64,000 bases of DNA from an uncultured Oscillospiraceae bacterium. Lineage in GTDB: Bacteria; Bacillota; Clostridia; Christensenellales; CAG-138. The notes beneath the pieces were generated by a model that had not been told where the DNA came from, made no database searches, and worked only from the letters and a program-made list of their open reading frames with translations. Numbering within the stretch: position 1 is the stretch's first letter; each line of letters opens with the position of its first letter. Shown in pieces: positions 58,203 to 64,000 of this stretch. Where the stretch lies: NCBI GenBank assembly GCA_964495255.1, contig CAZBVC010000007.1:274-64273 (forward strand), written 5' to 3'. A program made the position numbers and the translations under genes.

Positions 58203-59150
58203 ATGCAACTTCCAAGCTCCGTGACTTTGTGCGAGGTCGGTCTGCGCGACGGCATTCAAAACGAAAAGGAGATTTGGCGTACCGAGGATAAGATCGAGCT
58301 TGCAAAGGCGGCGATCGACGCAGGCTTTCGCGTTATCGAGCTCGGTTCGTTCGTCAGCCCGAAGGCGGTTCCGCAGACGGCGGATACGGACGCGCTGTTT
58401 GCCGCGCTGGGCGACGTTTCCGGCGTTGAAAAACGCGCTCTGATCGCGAATCCGCGCGGCGTGGAGCGCGCGATTTCATGCGGCTGCAAGAAGGTCAAGC
58501 TGAACGTTTCCGCAAGCCGCGCGCATAACCTCGCAAACCTCAACATGACGCCCGAAGAAAGCGTAGCCAAGTTCGCCGCCTGCACGCAGCTTGCCGCGGA
58601 AAACGGAATTGAGGTTTCCGGCTCGATTTCCATGCCGTTCGGCTCGCCTTGGGAGCGCGACATTCCCTTTTCGGACGTCTGCTCGATCATCGAGGCGTAT
58701 CTTGCCGTAGGCGTAACCGAAATTTCCCTTTCGGACGCGTCCGGCATGGCGACGCCTTCCCGCGCATACGACATGTATACGCTCGTCGCCAAACGGTATC
58801 CCGATGTGAAATGGTGGCTGCATTTTCACAATACACGCGGTATGGCGATGGCGAACATCGTTGCCGCGATGACGGCGGGCGCAACGCGCTTCGATTCGTC
58901 GTTTGCGGGTCTTGGCGGCTGCCCGTTCGTTCCGGGCGCGGCGGGCAACGTCGCGACGGAGGACGTTCTTCATATGCTGGACGAAATGGGCGTTGCAACC
59001 GGCGTCGATCTGCGCAAGTGCATACAAATCGCCAAGCGCGCCGTGGACGTCGTCGGGCATAGCACCGACAGCTATATTTTGCGCGCGGGCCCGTCCTGCG
59101 ACCTGATCCGCGAATTACCCACCAAACAGACGCTTCCCGCCAAAAACTGA
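58203..59150 (+). CDS. HMG-CoA-lyase-like (HMGL-like family) C-C lyase
   Basis: LCEVGLRDGIQNEK N-terminal motif, HFHNTRGMAMAN metal site, GLGGCPF. Confidence 0.85.
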   Translation: MQLPSSVTLCEVGLRDGIQNEKEIWRTEDKIELAKAAIDAGFRVIELGSFVSPKAVPQTADTDALFAALGDVSGVEKRALIANPRGVERAISCGCKKVKLNVSASRAHNLANLNMTPEESVAKFAACTQLAAENGIEVSGSISMPFGSPWERDIPFSDVCSIIEAYLAVGVTEISLSDASGMATPSRAYDMYTLVAKRYPDVKWWLHFHNTRGMAMANIVAAMTAGATRFDSSFAGLGGCPFVPGAAGNVATEDVLHMLDEMGVATGVDLRKCIQIAKRAVDVVGHSTDSYILRAGPSCDLIRELPTKQTLPAKN

Positions 59151-59269
59151 TTCCTTCCCTATAACAAACCTTTGCGCGCGAAACTCGCGCAAGCGAAAAA
59201 CCGAACACCGCTGTCCACACGGCTGAAAACGAATTTTCCACGAATTTACGGAACACAGAGGTAAATGCA

Positions 59270-61087
59270 ATGAAGAAGCTAGTTTCCGAACTGATGGTGA
59301 ACTATCTCGAACGGCGCGACGTCAAGTATGTCTTCGGTCTTTGCGGACATACCGTCATCGGCTTTCTCGACGCGCTCGCGCGAAGCGAAAAGGTCAAGTA
59401 TATCTCCGTGCGGCATGAGCAGATCGCCGCGACTGCGGCGGACGGGTACGCCCGCCTGACCAAGAAAGCGTCCGTCGTGCTTTGCCACTTGGGGCCGGGG
59501 ATTACGAACACGGTAACGGGCGTGGCGAACGCTGCGTTCGACTCGATTCCCATGGTCGTCATCGCGGGCGACGTGCCCAGCTACTATTACGGCAAGCATC
59601 CGCATCAGGAAGTCAATATGCATTGCGACGGCTCGCAGTATGACATCTTGAAGCCCGTCGTCAAGCGCGCGTGGCGCATCGACGATCCCGAAGCGCTGCC
59701 CGATATTCTGGACAAGGCGTTCCGTCTTGCCGAAAGCGGCAGACCGGGCCCTGTGCTCATCGACGTGCCGATGGATATGTTCTCGCGCATGATCGACGAG
59801 GAGCTGTTTGCCCGCACCTATCGCGACAGCGGCGAGACGATTAAGCCCGCGCTTGCGCCGAACGCGGCGAAGGCGATCGCCAAGCGGCTTTGCGAGGCGA
59901 AAAACCCGCTGATTCATGCGGGCGGCGGCGTGCTGATTGCGTCTGCGAGCGAGGAGCTTGCCGCGCTCGCCGAGTTTTTGGATATTCCCGTTTCCCGCAC
60001 GCTGATGGGGCAGGGCTGCATCAGCGACGCGCATCCGCTCATGGTCGGGCAGACGGGCTTTTGGGGACTGGAATTTACGCATCGGCTCACCACGGGCGCG
60101 GACGTTATTCTTGCGCTCGGTACGCGCTTTGCCGAGGCGGACAGTTCAAGCTGGTATCCCGGCGTAACGTTCGACCCCGCAAAGACGACCTTCCTGCAAA
60201 TCGATATTGATCCCGCGGAGCTCGGGCGCAACTATCCCGTCGAGATCGGCGCGGTTGCGGATCTGAAATTCGCGCTTGCGCAAATTTTGGAAGAGGCAAA
60301 AAAGCTCTGCCCGAACGGCATGAACCGCCCCGCGCTGAGAAAGCTGATTGCGGAAAATAAGGCCGCGTTCAAGGCGTCCAACGTCGATATTTCCAACGAC
60401 GGCAGGTTCCCGATGACGCCGCAGCGCATCCTGCGCGACGTAAAGGAAACGATTCCCGCAGACGCGATTATTTTTACCGACGTCGGTTGGAACAAGAACG
60501 GCGTTGCGCAGCAGTATGACATTACCGTTCCCGGTACGATTCATCATCCGTCGGGGCTCGCCACGATGGGCTTTGGCGCGTCCGCCATATTGGGCGGCAA
60601 GCTCGCAAAACCCGACAAGGTCGTTTTGACGCTCGTCGGGGACGGCGGGTTCGGGCAAAATCCGTCCTCGCTCGCCACGGCTGTGGAGCAGGGCATCAAC
60701 GTGATCTGGGTCGTGATGAACAACTCTGCGTTCGGCACGATTGCGGGGCTCGAATCCGCCAACTATGGAACCAAGTTCGGAACCTTGTTCCAAACGCCCG
60801 ACGGCGAGAGCTATTCGCCGAACTGGGCGGAGGTCGCGAAAGCATACGGCGTCGAGTCGGTTCGCATTACGTCCGCAGACGAGTTCAAGCCGGCTTTGGA
60901 GCGCGCAATCGCCGCTAACGCACCGTTTTTGATCGACGTTCCGATGGAGAACATCGTGGTGCCGACGCCGGGCTGCTGGAACATCAACGACATCTATTCG
61001 CCAAAGGCAAACATTTCGGAGGGCAAGGTGGTGCCCAATGCGGACGGAACCTATACGCCGCCGACGCACGCCAAATCGCATCAATAA
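59270..61087 (+). CDS. Thiamine-diphosphate-dependent enzyme (acetolactate synthase-like superfamily)
   Basis: VRHEQ cofactor-activating Glu, and the ThDP motif GDGGFGQ...VVMNNSAFG. 605 aa, with a C-terminal extension. Confidence 0.85.
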   Translation: MKKLVSELMVNYLERRDVKYVFGLCGHTVIGFLDALARSEKVKYISVRHEQIAATAADGYARLTKKASVVLCHLGPGITNTVTGVANAAFDSIPMVVIAGDVPSYYYGKHPHQEVNMHCDGSQYDILKPVVKRAWRIDDPEALPDILDKAFRLAESGRPGPVLIDVPMDMFSRMIDEELFARTYRDSGETIKPALAPNAAKAIAKRLCEAKNPLIHAGGGVLIASASEELAALAEFLDIPVSRTLMGQGCISDAHPLMVGQTGFWGLEFTHRLTTGADVILALGTRFAEADSSSWYPGVTFDPAKTTFLQIDIDPAELGRNYPVEIGAVADLKFALAQILEEAKKLCPNGMNRPALRKLIAENKAAFKASNVDISNDGRFPMTPQRILRDVKETIPADAIIFTDVGWNKNGVAQQYDITVPGTIHHPSGLATMGFGASAILGGKLAKPDKVVLTLVGDGGFGQNPSSLATAVEQGINVIWVVMNNSAFGTIAGLESANYGTKFGTLFQTPDGESYSPNWAEVAKAYGVESVRITSADEFKPALERAIAANAPFLIDVPMENIVVPTPGCWNINDIYSPKANISEGKVVPNADGTYTPPTHAKSHQ

Positions 61088-61105
61088 AAAAGGGGGTACT
61101 GTTTC

Positions 61106-61927
61106 ATGGCGCGAACCTATTCGCTGGCTTATTTGACGATACCGGGCACGACGCCCGTCGATCAGATCCGCATCGCGGCGGAGGCGGGGTACGATTGCGT
61201 GAGTCTGCGCACGATTCCCATGCATCTGCCGGGCGAGCCGCTGTTCCTCTTTGAAAAGGACAAAGCGCTTTTTGCCGACGTGAAGCGGGCGCTTTCGGAC
61301 TACGGCGTCAAGTATAACGACATGGAGCTTGCGCGCGTGCGCGAGGATCTGAACGTTCGCGATTACGAACCTGCGTTTGCCGCCGCGGCGGAGCTTGGCA
61401 CGCGCAACATTCTTTCCTCCGTTTGGACGGAGGATAAGCCCTATCGCGAGGAGCAGTTCGGGATGATCTGCGACATGGCAAAGCGGTACGGCATGACCGT
61501 GAATCTCGAATTCATGTCGCTTTCGGGCGTTCGTGATCTTGCCGCCGCGCTGGAACTCAGAAACGCGGTTCGACGCGACAACGTGAAGCTCGTTGTGGAT
61601 TTGCTGTATGTGCTGCGTTCGCAGATCCCGATTGCGGAGCTGAGCAGCCTTACGGCAAACGACGTGGGCTTTATTCATCTTTGCGACGGCCCCGCCAATA
61701 TGCCTCGGCTTTCCGTGGAGGACGCTTTTACCATCGTGCGCGAAGCGCGGCTGTATATCGGCGAGGGGGATATCGACGTCAAGGGCATTCTGAACGCGCT
61801 TCCCAAGGCGCCGTTCTCCATCGAACTGCCAAACGCGAAGGAAGTCGCTTCACGAGGCGCTGCGGGTCATGCCGCTCGCTGCCTCGAAACGGCCAAGGCA
61901 TATATGCTGAAAAACGGAATCGATTGA
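61106..61927 (+). CDS. Xylose-isomerase-like TIM-barrel protein (sugar phosphate isomerase/epimerase/dehydratase family)
   Basis: 273 aa with the alternating beta/alpha pattern typical of this fold, NLEF and HLCD metal-site-like motifs. Confidence 0.7.
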   Translation: MARTYSLAYLTIPGTTPVDQIRIAAEAGYDCVSLRTIPMHLPGEPLFLFEKDKALFADVKRALSDYGVKYNDMELARVREDLNVRDYEPAFAAAAELGTRNILSSVWTEDKPYREEQFGMICDMAKRYGMTVNLEFMSLSGVRDLAAALELRNAVRRDNVKLVVDLLYVLRSQIPIAELSSLTANDVGFIHLCDGPANMPRLSVEDAFTIVREARLYIGEGDIDVKGILNALPKAPFSIELPNAKEVASRGAAGHAARCLETAKAYMLKNGID

Positions 61928-61959
61928 CGACACAGAATCAGGATAGGAGGAACGAGACA

Positions 61960-62829
61960 ATGCCCGTGGATATCAACACCAAGATGATCGCCCTTTTGGG
62001 CAAGCCGCTCTCGCAGTCGTTCGCGGCGCGCATGCAAAACGCCGCCTACCAAGCCAGCGGGCTGAACATGCTGTACTTTTATACCGAGGTGGAAAACGAT
62101 CGCCTTGGCGACGTGATCAACGGCATTCGCTATATGCCGTTTGCCGGCTTTGCGGTTACGAAACCCAACAAGGTCGAGGTGCTTCGCTATTTGGACGAGC
62201 TTGACCCGCTTTGCGAAAAGATGGGCGCGAGCAACACGGTCGTCATCCGCGACGGCAAGCTGATCGGCTATAACACCGACGGCGTCGGTTTTCTGATCTC
62301 GCTCGGGGAAGAGACGGACGTTCGGATTCCCGAAACAACGTTCTTCTGCACGGGCGCAGGCGGCGCGGGACGCGCCATTTGCAGCGTGATCGCTTATCAC
62401 GGCGCGAAGAAGATCTATATCTGCGATTTGTACGAAGCCGCGGCTCGCGAACTGGTTGACGACATCAACAAGAATTTCGCGCCCGTTGCGGAATTTGTGC
62501 CGTTTGCCGACACGACCTTGAAAACCGAAAAGATTCAGGCGTCGGACTTTATCATCAACGCAACCGGGCTCGGCATGGCGAGCACGGCGGATCAAACGCC
62601 GTATCCCAAGGAGATTCTCTCGCCGAAACAGATCTGCTTCGACGCGACGTATAACCCCCAAAAGACGCGTTTCTTAATCGAGGCGGAGGAGGTCGGCTGC
62701 AAGATCATGAACGGGCTGGGTATGTCGCTGCATCAGGGCGCCGCGCAGATCAAGCTGTGGAGCGGAAAAGACGCGCCCGTTGACGTCATGCGGGAAGAAT
62801 TGTTCGCGATCCTTGCCGAAAAGAACTAA
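61960..62829 (+). CDS. Shikimate/quinate dehydrogenase family protein (AroE/YdiB-like)
   Basis: 289 aa from MPVDINTK (RBS AGGAGG). GFAVTKPNK, YNTDGVGF, GAGGAGRAI motifs. Confidence 0.85.
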   Translation: MPVDINTKMIALLGKPLSQSFAARMQNAAYQASGLNMLYFYTEVENDRLGDVINGIRYMPFAGFAVTKPNKVEVLRYLDELDPLCEKMGASNTVVIRDGKLIGYNTDGVGFLISLGEETDVRIPETTFFCTGAGGAGRAICSVIAYHGAKKIYICDLYEAAARELVDDINKNFAPVAEFVPFADTTLKTEKIQASDFIINATGLGMASTADQTPYPKEILSPKQICFDATYNPQKTRFLIEAEEVGCKIMNGLGMSLHQGAAQIKLWSGKDAPVDVMREELFAILAEKN

Positions 62830-62889
62830 ATCGACGTGCGGTTTGCGCCGTATGTACCGATATCTCAGAATAAGGGAGGAGAGAAACGA

Positions 62890-63471
62890 ATGAAAGTCAT
62901 CAGATGGCTGGATGACCATTTCGAAGAGGTTTTATTGGTCGTCTTCCTCGTAGCGATCACCATCGTCAGCTTTTTGCAGGTGGTCATACGAAAACTGCCT
63001 TGGATTCCCGCCCTGACGTGGGCGGAGGAGTTTTGCCGATTCGCGTGGATATGGAGCGTGTTCCTTTCGCTGCCATATACCATCAAGCGCGGCAATATGC
63101 TTCGCGTCACCGTGCTGCTTGACGCAATGCCGACGACGATTCGCAAATGCCTGAATATCTTTGTGGATTTGGTCAATCTTGCGGTCATGACGCTGCTGTT
63201 CTACTATGCCATCCCGCTCGTGCGCGACCGCTTTATCAGCGCGGAAACCTCGCCCGCCATGCTTTGGCCGATGTGGGCGATCTACGCTTCCATGCTGCTC
63301 GGCTTTGGGCTCGCGACCTTCCGCGCCATACAAGCGCTGGTCGTACACATCAAGCAATTCGGCGAGAAGCCGCTGACCACGATCGAGCAGACCATGCAGG
63401 CAGCGGAGGAAGAGCTCGCCGCGGCGCAGGCTGCGGAAGGCGTCGAACCGACAAAGGAGGGTGAGAACTAA
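62890..63471 (+). CDS. dctQ: TRAP transporter small permease (DctQ family)
   Basis: 193 aa from MKVIRWLDDHFEE (RBS GGGAGGAG). Four hydrophobic segments. Confidence 0.8.
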   Translation: MKVIRWLDDHFEEVLLVVFLVAITIVSFLQVVIRKLPWIPALTWAEEFCRFAWIWSVFLSLPYTIKRGNMLRVTVLLDAMPTTIRKCLNIFVDLVNLAVMTLLFYYAIPLVRDRFISAETSPAMLWPMWAIYASMLLGFGLATFRAIQALVVHIKQFGEKPLTTIEQTMQAAEEELAAAQAAEGVEPTKEGEN

Positions 63472-64000
63472 TGGCTGCATTACTTGTTTTCCTTGTGTTC
63501 CTGGTTGCCATCGTTATCACCATTCCGATCGGCGTCGCTATGGTGCTCGGCTCCGCCGCGCCGATTCTGCTTCTCGAAAAGGGCGGATCGATCATTCAGG
63601 TGCTCAACAACACCTTTTCGGGCGCAAACTCCACGCCGATTCTCGCCGTTCCGCTGTTCATTCTCGGCGGCGTCATCATGGCGGAGGGCGGAATCTCGCG
63701 CAGGCTGTTCAATTTCTTCGCGTACTTTGTCGGCAAGGTCAAGGGCGGTTTACCCTGCGCCTGCATCCTGACCTGCCTGTTCTACGGCGCGATTTCCGGC
63801 TCCGGCCCCGCGACGACCGCCGCCGTCGGCTCGATGTGCATCCCGTTCCTTGTGGAGCTGGGCTATGATCGCCAATGGAGCGCGGGTCTGGTTTCCGTTG
63901 CGGGCGGGCTCGGCGTCATCATTCCGCCGTCGATACCCTTCGTGCTGTATTCGCTCGCCACCGGCGTTTCAACGGGCGACCTGTTCCTTGGCGGCGTGCT
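63471..64000 (+). CDS. dctM: TRAP transporter large permease (DctM family), 5' part; runs off the window
   Basis: Absent from the ORF track because the frame has no stop inside the window. My translation from ATG 63471 (TAATG overlap with dctQ) reads MAALLVFLVFLVAIVITIPIGVAMVLG...AVPLFILGGVIMAEGGIS...GAISGSGPATTAAVGS. Confidence 0.85.
   Translation, partial: MAALLVFLVFLVAIVITIPIGVAMVLGSAAPILLLEKGGSIIQVLNNTFSGANSTPILAVPLFILGGVIMAEGGISRRLFNFFAYFVGKVKGGLPCACILTCLFYGAISGSGPATTAAVGSMCIPFLVELGYDRQWSAGLVSVAGGLGVIIPPSIPFVLYSLATGVSTGDLFLGGV

Noticed and set aside
63461-63868. Track ORFs 63461..63868 and 63484..63771 at the right edge.
   Set aside because: Both are out of frame with an open-ended reading frame starting at 63471. 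That frame translates into an unmistakable DctM N-terminus and is missing from the track only because it has no stop codon inside the window.

Overview
GC-rich (not computed), densely coding chromosomal segment. The GGAGG-type ribosome-binding sites, NfnAB, PPDK and a Bce-type module suggest an anaerobic Firmicutes/Clostridia-like organism; this taxonomic guess is inference. I support about 55 CDS. I found no rRNA, tRNA, CRISPR array, transposase, integrase, phage gene or recognisable defence system.

Gene content, in order:
- groEL 3' end and ppdK.
- A minus-strand operon (PfkB kinase, gnd, SDR, LarA-like) with a divergent AraC regulator.
- A GH2 beta-galactosidase, then a degenerate Eda-like/VOC fusion.
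- A roughly 19 kb co-directional gene train behind a divergent DeoR regulator: beta-hydroxyacid dehydrogenase, PdxA-family dehydrogenase, MBL hydrolase, TRAP transporter with tandem duplicated DctM, SDR, SGNH hydrolase, Asp/Glu-racemase-like protein, archaeal type II GAPDH, archaeal-like PGK, LarA, malic enzyme, aldose 1-epimerase, M20 amidohydrolase, nfnAB.
- A Bce-type two-component/ABC module and two envelope-polysaccharide genes.
- A class V aminotransferase and an EndoQ-like/UvrD-helicase fusion.
- Aconitase, icd, citDEF, then citCG, and a DMT transporter.
- A LysR-linked cluster: HMG-CoA-lyase-like, ThDP enzyme, TIM-barrel, AroE-like, TRAP QM.

The window is metabolic rather than a defence or mobile island. 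The best candidates for undescribed biology are:
1. The LysR cluster, which looks like an iol-pathway-style ring-cleavage route for a carbocyclic acid.
2. The archaeal-type GAPDH/PGK pair embedded in a TRAP-linked acid-sugar/hydroxy-acid cluster that has a PdxA-family enzyme but no DUF1537-type kinase.
3. Two LarA-superfamily paralogues.
4. The mosaic dctM tandem duplication.
5. A hairpin-dense intergenic element flanked by duplicated terminators.

All functional calls come from reading the translated ORFs. No database search was run.
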